Part shown: positions 49,201 to 61,200 of the stretch, in pieces | Numbering within the stretch: the stretch's first letter is position 1 | Layout: each line of letters begins with the position of its first letter | From: a bacterium | Lineage (GTDB): Bacteria > Electryoneota > RPQS01 | Direction: 5' to 3' | Length of the DNA: 64,000 nucleotides | Assembly: GCA_016703065.1 (NCBI GenBank) | Contig: JADJCU010000003.1 | Location: forward strand, 137,045-201,044 | Notes under the pieces: generated by a model | What the model was told of the DNA's origin: nothing | The model's database searches: none | What the model saw: only the letters and a program-made list of their open reading frames with translations | Made by a program: the position numbers and the translations under genes

Positions 49201-52200
49201 ATCGGCCTGAATGTTCGTCCACTCACCGATCGGATTCAACGTACGATACTGGAAGACGCCGAGGATCGACTGATCAAATGTCGCGTACTCCTGGTTGGTC
49301 GCAACGATAGCGAGGTCACGGCTGTCCGGTACCACCACCACGTCGTTGCCGTCAACACCCGGCTCCACATCGCCCACAAGGGTGATGCAGGCGCGCGGTT
49401 CGCTGACGTCCACCCAGATGCTTTCCGCGGCAGTGACGTAGGTATTACCGCAATGGTCGGTGACTACTGAACGGCTCAGGAACAGCGTGTTCTCTTCGCC
49501 GATTTGGTCGCCGGCCATAACGTCGTAGGTTTCATCAACCAGGCCGTCGCCATCGTTGTCGATGTTGTCGGCGGTCGGGTCGTAAGCGATCCAGAAGGAT
49601 GACCATGCATCCGTCCAGCCCATATCGTCGTTCGAGAAGACCGTATCCACGTTGCGCCAGCTCGAATCCGCGTACGGGTTCGAAGTCATGGACACCTGAT
49701 AGATCACGGCGCAGATATCTTCGACGACGAGATTATAGTTACCATCAATCGGCTGAATATCCGTGACGAACTCGGTCTCATCGGCATCCGTGCAACGGCC
49801 GCCGTTAAGCCAGAAGTCCTCAGCCACGATATCGTGCGTCGCGACCGGCTCTTCGTTGTCTACGAAGAAGACGTGCAGCGAGTCGCCCGGAGCCGGGTTC
49901 TCAATCACATGATAGGCAGTGCCGTCATACCAGGTCACCACAGTACGGAACTCGTGGTGTCCGTCGCCAACTGCACGGCTGTCGAAGTTAATGACGTACT
50001 CGCACATGCAAATCGTCGAGTAAGCAGCTTCGCCGCCAAACACGCTGTTGATCTGGTCGGAGTCGCAACGGTCATAGGCAATCGGATCCTGCTCGTCCCA
50101 ATCGATGTTACGCGGGTCGTCAACCCAACGATCGATTTCCGGACCTTCCCAGAGGCCGTTGTCGTTGGCGTCGATGACGAACGAGTAATCGTAGCAGCTT
50201 TCCGGATCGCCCGTGCTCAGGGAGACGTTAGTCGTCCAGAAGCCGTCACTGCTTTCAGACATCGGGTAGAACTGGTCGTTCTCCCAAACGTACACTGCGA
50301 CATCCGGGAACAGGTCGCGGTCCGCGTACCATGAGTACTCCGAGTTGGACTGGCGCTCGTAGTACCAGCCGGCCATACCGGGCAGTTCGCGTTCGTCGAA
50401 CTCGAATCGCACGTTGGCGTTGTTCGGGTTCGTGTCGTAATTCACACCCGTGACCGGGTCAATCACCGGCACCCACGCCGTACCATTCCAGCGTTCGAAC
50501 GCTACCTGGGTGATTTCACCCGAGAAGTAGCTCGGATCGCTGACGTCATTGGCAGACAGCGGCACCGTGTTGTGCGCACCGCAGACGTCGCCGTACGGCG
50601 GGTAGCAGTACACAACCTGCGGCTCGTTCACATTGACGATGCGGACGACGAGGTCAATGCGCGTGCTGTCTGACTCTTCGATGATGCGATCACAGTCAGA
50701 ATCGCCTTCGTTCAAGGTGTCATACTGCCACGGCGTGTACGGAGTCACCCAGTTCACCACAACCGCGAAGTTGTAGTTGCCCGGCGGGTACGTGTTGTCG
50801 AAGTAGAGACCCAGCTCGTACAAGCCGTCGGAACCGTCTGGCGGATACTGATCCCATGCCATGAAGTCGTCAAAGTAGTCAAAGTCGACCAACTGACCTT
50901 CGTCGCACAGGCTCTGAAGCGCGCCTTCGTCATCAAGCTGCCAGAGCTCGACGTTGAAGACATTGACCGAGTCGCCATGGCAGTTGCGGATCGCGTCTTC
51001 GTCCACATAGAACTGGACCAACGCTTCCGGATCATTCGAACCCTGGTCCGTCGTGCGGTTGTAGATGACTTCGATCGTGTCGGTTTCTTCTGTCTGCCAC
51101 GGAACCTCTTCCAACTCGACGCGAATACGGCCGTCCGGATCATTCGGGTCGTTGGTCACGTAGGTTGCGTGTGTAATCGGCGTGTTCGGCGGACAGAACG
51201 TGTAGATGTAGCAGGAGTTCTGGTTATACCAATATTCCTGATTACCCGTCAAGTCTTCGACGTAGGCCACGAAGTCCCAACGCGAGAAAACCAAACCATC
51301 AGCGGCATCCGCCGAATCCAACCAGGCGCGGGCGCCCGGCCAGACCACGTATACACTATCCCATGTGCTCTCGAGGGCGATGGCGCTGTCGCCGTTGACC
51401 GTCTGGAAGCGCGGGATCGTCGGATTCATGCTATAGTCATTCGGCACGTCAAACGTGTCGGTCGTACCATCAGCACGGTAGTACTTGAAGTACATCAGCC
51501 ATTCGTCTTCAACCTGTTCGTGGACATTGGCCACCAGCAGGAGGGTGTCAATAGGCGTCTGATAGTTGCAGGTCGAGTACTTGTCACCGTCATAGATCGG
51601 CATCGTCGGCGCACTGTACTGTGGCAGACCCCACTGGAACCACGCGTGGTTAAAGCACCACAGATTGGTTCCGGACGGGATTGCGTCGCGAATTTCGATT
51701 GCCATGCAGCAAATCTCGGTGCCGCATTCGAGGTCGCGGTCGAGGTTACAGTCACGGTTGTAGTCGCCCTGCATATTATTGTCACCGAAGCCTTCTTCAG
51801 AGACATTGTCAATCGCGTAGGCACGGAAGCGGACGCTGTCCAGCGGGCTGTTGCCGAAGTCGTTGAAGTAAATCGACAATTCGTAGTAGCCATTCGCGTC
51901 AGGATAGGTCACCAGACCCGTATACGGATAGACATAGACATCAGCGCCCCAGGCTTCGTTCCAATCCGCGACATCCTGAAGGTCCTGCCAGTTGCCGTAG
52001 CGATCCTGGAACTGGAACTGAACGCCATAGATGCCACAGTCACGATCGAGCCCGATGTTGTCAGCCGCATTGGCGCGCAGGTAGAAGTATTCGCCTTCAC
52101 CAACCGTACCAATAGGCTCAAAGAGGTCACCGTTGTAGTCGCCAATCCAGCATTCCGTCACTGCCGGCATCGTATTGTCCACGAACACACGGCTGATGAT

Positions 52201-55200
52201 CGGATCGTTATCGAACAGGCCGGCGTCATCATAGGCAACGGCATACAAGGAATACCAGCCCGAAAGCAGATTATCGGTATTCCATGCGGTCGAATGGTAG
52301 AATGCCCAACCGTCAACCACGCTGTCCGGCGAGGTCGTCCCGCCAATGAACTGGTGGATTGCAAGGCCCGGTACGGACAAGGAGTCAATAAAGAAGTAGG
52401 CAATCGAGTCGACATCCGACATAATCGGAGCGGTCGACTGCACCGGCACCCACACCGTGGTGTCACACCGCAGGTTGGTGACGCACATATCTTCCGTCGG
52501 GTAGCAGATCAACGCCATCGGCGCCGTCGTATCGCATTCGATACGTACCGTAACCACCGGCGTATTGATCCAATCCGAGTTGTCGCAGACGTCGGCGGTC
52601 AGGAAGCGCAGGTTATACTGGCCACTCTGGATGCCGGCGATATTCCACTGCGTCACGAAGTCTTCCGTATCGGGCTGGCGATAGGTAACTGAATCTTGAC
52701 CCGGGGTCATGATCGTCACCCAGCCACTATCCGGATTGGTATTACCCGGTTCGTATTCGCCGAACGGAGCGTCGAAGGCCTTATACTGGAACATACCCTT
52801 GGCAAGATCGAACCACTGGTAAGTCGCCAGGCCGCCGATAAAGCGATCGGTCAGCACGAGACCCCACGAGTTCAATTCGCCTTCACTGTAACCGTACTCT
52901 TCGTAGATACGAAGCGTCCACGTACCAACCGAGTTCTCGCCGTCAAAGGCTGACAGCACGTCCATCGGGCGGTAACCGCCGTCGAACGGACTCCAACCGG
53001 CTTCCACCGGACGAGCAGCTTCGTCGTCGAAGATTGTTCCGACCAGACCCGGTGCGTACCAGCCATAGTTGTGATCAAACAAGGTCACTACCGTGGCGGC
53101 CGGGCTTTCGAGTTCAATGCGCAGCGTGAACGGATAGTCAATGGCGAGATCTTCGATCACGATATTGACGTCCTGCACTGTGAAGTTGTCGGTGACGTTG
53201 ATTTCGGCTTCGACGGTCGAAGAGTACGGAATCTGCACGTCAGCTTCCGGATCATTGTAGCTGAACACGGCAAACGTCGTGTCTCCCGGCAGCGGATCGT
53301 AGACTTCACCCTGGAAGTCGAACGCGCGCAGTTCAATCGTCGAGTCGGTGTCGACGTTTGGCTCGAAGCAGGGCAGCAGTGCGCCCTGTGCCGTCGTGTC
53401 GCCATTGACCGAAGAGATGTACGCCAGAGGAGCGATATCGTCGGTAATCGAAACAGTGATCGTATCGACGCAGTAGTTGCCGAACTTATCCCACGTATGA
53501 ACGCGGACGAACCACGTGTTGGTGCAGTTTTCCGGATCAACCGGCGGCAAGCCCAGTGTGTCTTCGCTGTTCCACGTCAGGTTGCGAATATTCCAGTAGG
53601 TCGCGAACGGCCATTCCGGATCTCCGTCTTCGGCGCTGCCGCCTGCGACCCAAATATTCGCGGTCTGCCAGTAGCTGTAGGCGTCCACGATGTCGTCGCG
53701 GTTGGCGTCAAAAGCGTAGTCGAAGGCCACGCCGGCAACGCCGTCCAGCTCGTCATCAATGATTGCGCGCAGTTCAACGTAATCCCACGAGGTAAGCAGA
53801 TCCGTCTGCGGAACGATCGTTCCCGGATGCGCAACGTAGAATTCGTCAATCGACGGGCACGTGCGATCGAGAGTGAAGTACCAGTCGTAGGTGCACTCAT
53901 TCTCCATGTTGTCACGTGCGACGACTTGGATATGGTAGAGACCGTCCGGATGGCTTTCCAGAGCCACGCCAGTCGGGTCAACCAACATCACGGGAGCGGC
54001 ATTGGTCGCATAACCGGTTGACGGTTCGTATACTTGCACGAACGGCACCAGGACTCCCAGCGGGTCGTAGAGACGAATCTCAGAGGCCAGGCCGTTGTTG
54101 AAATTCGCGCTATCCACAGTGGTCGTGTCATTGTCGACGCCCGAACCCGGCATGCCGTCATCCAGGATCAGCGGGTCGTTGAGCCACAGGGCCAGCGAGT
54201 CGAAGTTGCTGCCAATCTTCACGCTGTCATCAGCGGTGTATTGGTCAACGTAGGAGTGGTTAACAAAGACGCCGTTCCAGCACTGCTCAACAATCGTGTC
54301 GCCTTCACCATATGTGAAGTAAAGCGCGTTGCCGTGCGGGCAGGTTTCGTCTTCGAAGAACGTCAGCGCATACTCACCTTCGCAGGCAAGCGAGTCACGG
54401 TGGCCGTAGATGTCGCTGGCAAACGCCTTCACATTATAGCGACCCTCGCTGAAGTTGTCGGCGAACCACAGGTAGTTCACCCACATCCCGCCGACGTTCA
54501 TCGAGTCTACGCTTCCAACTTGCGGGAAGTCGTCATTGATACGCAGGTCAGAAGTGTAGAAATCCACACCTTCGCCGATTTCGTCAGTGGCGCCGTCTTC
54601 GTCGTTGTCGATGTCGTCAGATTGCAGGACGGTATCTTCAATGAATACGAAGAAGCGCGTCAGGTTTTGATCTTCATGCGAGTACCAGACCCAGTACGCG
54701 CCGTCGTCGTTGCGCCACACCTTATAGAGGTTTTCGAGCGGCGAAGTGACGAAGGCCGAACCGGAGGAGTCAGGAGAGACCTTTTCGTTGTTCCACAAAT
54801 TCATGTTGAATTGGTCAACGAAGTCCGAATCGGAGCCGGCGACCGTTGTCGAATCGCACAACAGAATCATGCCCGGGTTCGGCTCGTTCCAGTTCTGAAT
54901 CGTGAACGAAATCACGCTGTCAAGGTCAGCCGCATTGCAGAACTCTTCCGGCATGCCGCAAGAGGTGTCCGACAGATGCAGACCGAACCAGTAACGATCG
55001 GACAGAATGAACTCGTTAAACAGGTCACCGGCGCCCATGTCATCATAGAGCGGGATGATGAAGACCAACGAGTCGATATTCTGGTCGTTGTAGTTATAGT
55101 AGATGACGTCAGCGTACTGCTTCGGATCATCAAGGAAGCCGGTGAAGTCAATCCAGACTCCCGACCAGTCGTAAACGGTGTCACCAGGAATGGTGATGCA

Positions 55201-58200
55201 GTTGTTGTCGAGCAGGACGGCCACGGTCAGGACGCTGTCCCAATCCATATTGTAGCTGGCGTTCTGCAGAACCAGAACACTGTCCACGCCGCCTTCATCG
55301 CCGTAACCCGGCAATTCCGTCTCGATTGCGAAGTCACCCCACGCTACGGATGACAGGTAGGTCGCAGTGAAGGCTTCACCCGAACCGTACTCGACATCCA
55401 TATAATAGCCGTGCGAACCACCCAGACCAGTCTGGCGATGGCTCTTAACCGGGACGGTGACAATCTGACCGCAATCCATCGTCTGCGGATCACTGACAAT
55501 CCACTTCGCCACGAGGCGCAGGTCGCCATCGCAATCACGCAGTGTATCCCAGTATGCCGGAACCGGATCGGCCATGTTCGGCTCGGTGCCATAGACCGGG
55601 GCGCCGCCGAACATTGTCGGCGCGGGCGTCCAGGCAGTCCAGGCGTATGCCGGACCAAACTGCGTCAGATCAGCAAGAACAGAGTCAATACGGAGCGTAT
55701 CTTCGAATCCGTTGAACAGGCTGTCCATCCAGACCCAGACTTCGATCGCGGCGTCACCTGAGCCGTTGAACCAGCCCGGTGCGCAGGAGTCGACGCCCAT
55801 AACCCAGACGGAATCGATATCCGGCACAGTCGTATCAGCGCCGGAGAACTCAAAGATGTTGTAATGCGAACCCATATTGCAGCCCGCGTCGGTCACGTAG
55901 ATCCACAGCGAATCATACGTGCCTTCGGCGCCGATCAGATGGCACGCGTAGTCGAAGTCGATACGCAGAGTATCTGTTGACTGCGACAGGGTGTCATTCG
56001 GATCAGCATAGACACCCGACGGCGTCCAACCCCAGTACGCGCGGTAGTTGTCACCACCAAGGTGCACAACTTCGTGCGCCGGAATTGAGTCGTAGGCGTC
56101 CTGCATGACCGGGTCACACCAGAAGCGGCTGAAGTCAGCCCACACATTTTCCGGTGCCGAAACGAGGTCATTCACATAACCGTTGATGTCGGCGTACACG
56201 TGGACATTCGAGTCACCCGGCGTCACATACGCACGGATCGAGTCGTCACCTATTGTATAGATGAAGTCAACAATCGGCGGCAGCGAATCATAGATGGCGA
56301 TCGGCCAGGCAATGGTGTCAACGTTACCCGCCCAGTCCATCAGGGCGATGTCAACAAAAATGGTGTCGCCATTGTTGTATTCAACAAGCAGCGGAATATC
56401 TTGGGCCACAAATGCGTCGTCAATATCGCACTCACCGAAGCCCCAGAAGTAGCATACCGAGTCATTGATACCGTCGGTCATCATTGGGATATCGTCGAAC
56501 GACTCCGTCCAACCGAGGCTGGGATCAAACGCAGACAGGTCGGCCCACTGCGATTCAACAAGGCCGAGGCTCGAGTCATGATCCGGATCAACGACAAGCA
56601 ACTTGAAGCTAACCAGCGAACCCGGACCGAGGTACGGAAGCTCGTGATCATCGAGGAACACGTTGCCTGAAAAGTAATCAAACAGAGCCGAGTCGCACTC
56701 GCAATACGCTGCCGAGAAATCAATCGTCGGCGGTACGCAGTCGCTGCAGAAGTCAAGCGTATCCTGCAGATACAGCTCGCGGTCGTGATGACCGATCAAG
56801 TCATGAGCTGCGTGGAAGCGGAACTCGGGTTCAATCGTATTGATACAGAAGAACTGATCATCCGGCATGAACGTCCAGTACGCATAGGCCGTAATCGGGC
56901 CGGGCGCGTAGAGGATTTCTAGCGTCCAATCATTTATGAAACCTTCATCGAGTCCAGCGTCATCATAGACAAGCAGTGTCCAATCACCATTGATTGGCTC
57001 GCCGTCAAAGTCAGACAAATTTCCTTCCGGTCGGAACGATCCAGTAAACGGTGCGCTGCCCGCCGTGATGTCGGTTGCAGCTTCGTCATCAAACACCGTG
57101 TTGATATAGTCCGGATCGGCGGAACCATTATTCGTTGACAATTCGACATACGTACCCGACGGGCTGATCAGGTAGATATCCAGATCACCGTCATATGTAT
57201 GCTCGATGTCATTGATTGTAACATTGACGTCAAGGGCAACACCGCCATTCGGTTCATTGATTTCTGCAATGGATGTTGCAAAATCAGTGATAGCCACGGG
57301 ATCACCGACATAGACTTCAACCGAAGTCAGGTTCGGAATAACCACGCTGTCCGGCTCCACGCTGTCCATCAGCGCATCCTGCAGGATCACCGACAGGTCG
57401 GCCCAGATTTGCGTCGTGTCAACACCGATACCGCGTCCGTCTTCGCAATCAATACCCCAATCTGTAACGACACCGACGAGGGTCATTTCCTGCTCGGGAT
57501 CGACACAGACGAAGTCGCCTTCCATAGCGTCGACGTTGACGCCGAGGCTATCATAGAGCATCCAGTCCGTCCAAATCGGTTCGTTAACGTCAACCTGGAC
57601 GCATTCGTCGAAGTTCTTTTCAGCTTCAACGCCGCCCCACGTGACGAAACGAATCTGGAAGTCGAGGGTGTCTCCGTCGCACCAAATGGTAGCCAGATCC
57701 GACGAGTCGGCACGGAGGTACCAGTAGTACTTGCGGGCCCAGCCCAGTTCGTTACCGAACATGTCGGTAAAGATGAACCACTCGGGGTCGACATAGTCCG
57801 GCACCAGCCACGGGTTCGGGTCGTCCGTGATCATCTGGAAGTTACCTTCGGCCACCCGGATCGAATCCGCATGTTCACCCGGTACGCAATCATTGATCTC
57901 GCACGTTTCGATAATCGTGGCGCAAACCGTGATGTTCGTATCTTCCGGCGCGATCCAACCCATCAAGCTGTCCGGTCCAAAGACGTTCGGACAACCTGCC
58001 GCCCACGGGTCGCAGGGGATGAGGTTTACGCAGAAAGTCGTGTCTTCAAAGCTGTCAAATTCAAAAGCGTCCGTGAACGCGGGCTCGTTATAGCGACCCG
58101 GGTTACCACCCTGATCCCAAGCGCCGCGAACCACGAAGCATGAATTATAGATGAATGTGTCGACGGGCAGGTTGGTAATCGTACCAACGAGCGTGTAGGC

Positions 58201-61200
58201 CCATTCATTATTCGGCAGACTGTCGGGCGTAACCTCTAATAGGTTAATGGTCACATACGTGCCCGGCGCCGCACCTTCCATCAGCAGACCTTCCGTGCTG
58301 TCCACGAGCGAAATCTGCCAATTTCCGGTTTCTACCCAGTCACCGATTCCGTTCGGGCCGTAGCCGGAACCATCGCTGTTCGGGTATGCATCTTCATCGA
58401 AGTGAACCTGTTCATCAACGCGCAGCGTAATGCTGAAGGTATCGCCTTCGGCATAACGATAGCCGCAGTCGCCGTTCCAGCCGTTGTTGTTAACGGTTGC
58501 CGTGCTATGCGTCTCGGGATCACGAGCCCCCGGGGCGATGAGTGTCCACTCGAGGAAATTCGGGTTGTTGTTGTCAACGTCAATCGATCCATAGGTGGTA
58601 TCGCAAACGAGGAAGATGGTCTCGTCCTCATCCAAAGCCGAGTCACCGTCAATCGTCCAAACCTTGACAATAACCGTATCCTGATCCGTGATCGGAACGA
58701 GCATGATACTGTCGGTACCGGGGTTGATGAACCACGTTCCGTTCCACATATAGCGGAACTCCATGAGCGCATCAAGCAGGTAATCCGGATCGTCGATATT
58801 CTCGAGTCGTCCGTCATAGACCGAGTTGTCTGGCGGATCCTGACAGGACGCCGATGAACCCAGATCGTCGCAGGTCGTCTTGAAGAGCGGCTTGCGAACC
58901 AAACGGCGACGGTGATCGGATTCACCCGGCTGAATGGTCGGATTCATGAATTCGATCACGAGCGTATCGTGATAGACGTCATCGGTCCAATCCTGCGTGG
59001 CATCGGCCGGATCAAAATTGTCCACCGCCGTTATCGACAGAGTGTCGAGCAGCAGGCGGACCCAGATCGAGTCGTGAACGTCGTCATGGGCAGGATTCGT
59101 GATAGCGTCATAGGCGCCGCCCGAGTCAACCGATCCGGGCGAGAAGGCATTCCACAACGGCATCTCACCGAACAGGTTGAAATCGGCAAACGGACCATTT
59201 TCTGAACCGGCCACGAAGTCAAGAGTGTCCGGATCGAGGAAGTAAAACTCCATCGGACCAACAATGCGCGGACAGCGGCTTTCGCCAAGCAGCGCAATAT
59301 TGTTGCAGGTGAGAGTCGTGTTGTCAGCTTCGGAGGTATTGTCATCCGAGTCATACGCTATCGCGCGAATGATTCCATAATCTCCGGAGTTAATACAGTC
59401 AGCTTCGTAGTCGTCAATCTGATAGTCGTTCTCGCTAACATCCAGCGTGTCGACCATCTCAAGTTGGACTTCAATGCAACCCCGCCAAATCTTGAACGGC
59501 GGAGCCAGACTGACAAGAATCGGATCGTTCGCCCAGACGGTATCATAGTCCGGCGAGACGGTCTCGATATTGCGAATACACGAGAAGTCAAACATGGCCT
59601 TCACGGCGCTCGTGTCCGTACGCATATAGACACACAGCGACTCGCCCGCGAAGAAGTTCATATTGCAGGCGTTCAGCTCGTTGACCACGTTGACGGAGTC
59701 AATCGCCGGTCCAAGGCCGTTCACCCAAATGCAAACTTGTTCTTCGAGATACACGTTACCGGCATTGTCCTGCAATTCGAGGCGCAGGCAATAGAGGCCG
59801 TCGGGCACAGGATCTCCGCCAGGACCGGAACGATCCCATTCGACGGAAATCGTATCACGCGAATCAGTCGAGTTGAAGCTGAAGTCGACAGGGTAGCAAT
59901 CGCGGTCGTGCGAACCACCGCTCGTGCCGTTCGACTCATCAATATAGAAGGAATCGGCGGCAAAAGGCCACAGCCCTTGCGTGTAGATCGAGTCAATACG
60001 AACCGTGTAGCAGAGGTTTTCTTCGAGACAGGTGTCAATCAGGCCCTGCGTGAAGAAACGGCGCGCGCGGAACTGGAAGACCGGATCGTCATCACCATTG
60101 ACCCACAGATAAGGATCGGTGACGCTGGCCGCCGGATAGTCCGGGCCAATCGGCAGAACTGGTCCGTTAAGCGTATCAAGGTCAAAGTCAACAATCGTCT
60201 GCGGGAAACACGAGTCAACAACTACATATAGGTTGTTGAGCTGAGTGTAGCCCTCGAGGATGTTCGTCGTATGGTCATGGTCAGAGCCCAGGACGGCATT
60301 ACAACCACCGGCGTCCATATAACGGGCTTCGGTGATACCGACGTGCATACCCCACTGGCAGTAGTCAGCCAGGTAGCCGAAATCGGCAGAGGAGTCAGTT
60401 TCGCCATCCTTACCATACCAAGTAAAGCACGCCGAGCCGGGAATACCGAGGTCAGGCACGCGCCATTCCCAGTGCACGGAGTCAGCGCTGGGCTCACCGG
60501 TCGGATGGTAGTAGTCGAGCAAGGTGATCGGCGAACCGGTCGGCGTTTCGTCGTCATCGTCAGGAATCACGCGCACGTCGAAACCAATGAGGTACACCTT
60601 GGTCAGTACGTCTAAGGTAACCGACGGATCATAGTCTTCCTCAACATTATCCAAATACCAACGGACCGAATCCGGCGAAATGTTCGTCTCAACCGTTGCC
60701 AACGCGCTGTCATAAGGAGAGAAGCGCTGATTGCAGTAGTTCGGGTCGTCCGTATCGAGCGCCCAGTAGGTCTCATTGCCCGGCAGTTCCGGGGCAATGT
60801 TATCCAAGCAGACGTCGCATCCTTCAACATCATTGGCGATATCTTCATAGCCCCACTCAACGGCGTTCGACGGGTTACCCGCATCGTCGATTGAGTAGAC
60901 AAAGATATTCGGCGGGTCGCCGGGGCCACCAATTTCGTCAAACAGACAGAGCTCGATCGAATCCCAATGCATAGAGTCGATCGGAATATCAATGTACATG
61001 AGGTCGTTGTCTTCGCCCGGGTCAGGCAGGCTGCCGAAGCGGCCCGACACCCAGACTTCGTCCAGCGACAACAGGTCTACGCTGTCTTCGTTCATCGGGA
61101 ACAGATAACCCGAGGGCACAAGTTCGCTCAGGTCAACGGCCATCCACTGCGCATCAAAGTTTGGCACGGTTTGGTCGCAGTCGACACGGTCCGGCTCATA

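Noticed and set aside
39456-55353. Very long plus-strand ORFs antisense to the giant gene (for example 39456..41183, 43717..46200, 47638..49470, 50977..52692, 53071..54021, 54034..55353).
   Set aside because: Their translations are Arg/Val/Asp/His-rich with no motifs, signal peptides or RBSs. They mirror the codon structure of a GC-rich, GAC/GTC-rich gene on the other strand, where antisense stops are rare. The minus-strand frame carries all recognisable protein features.
56055-56082. HEXXH-like string AHEVVHLGGDNY inside the giant protein (a possible metzincin-type zinc site).
   Set aside because: A single HEXXH is expected by chance in a protein of this length. The third-ligand position is Tyr rather than His, and no Met-turn or protease-like context was recognised.
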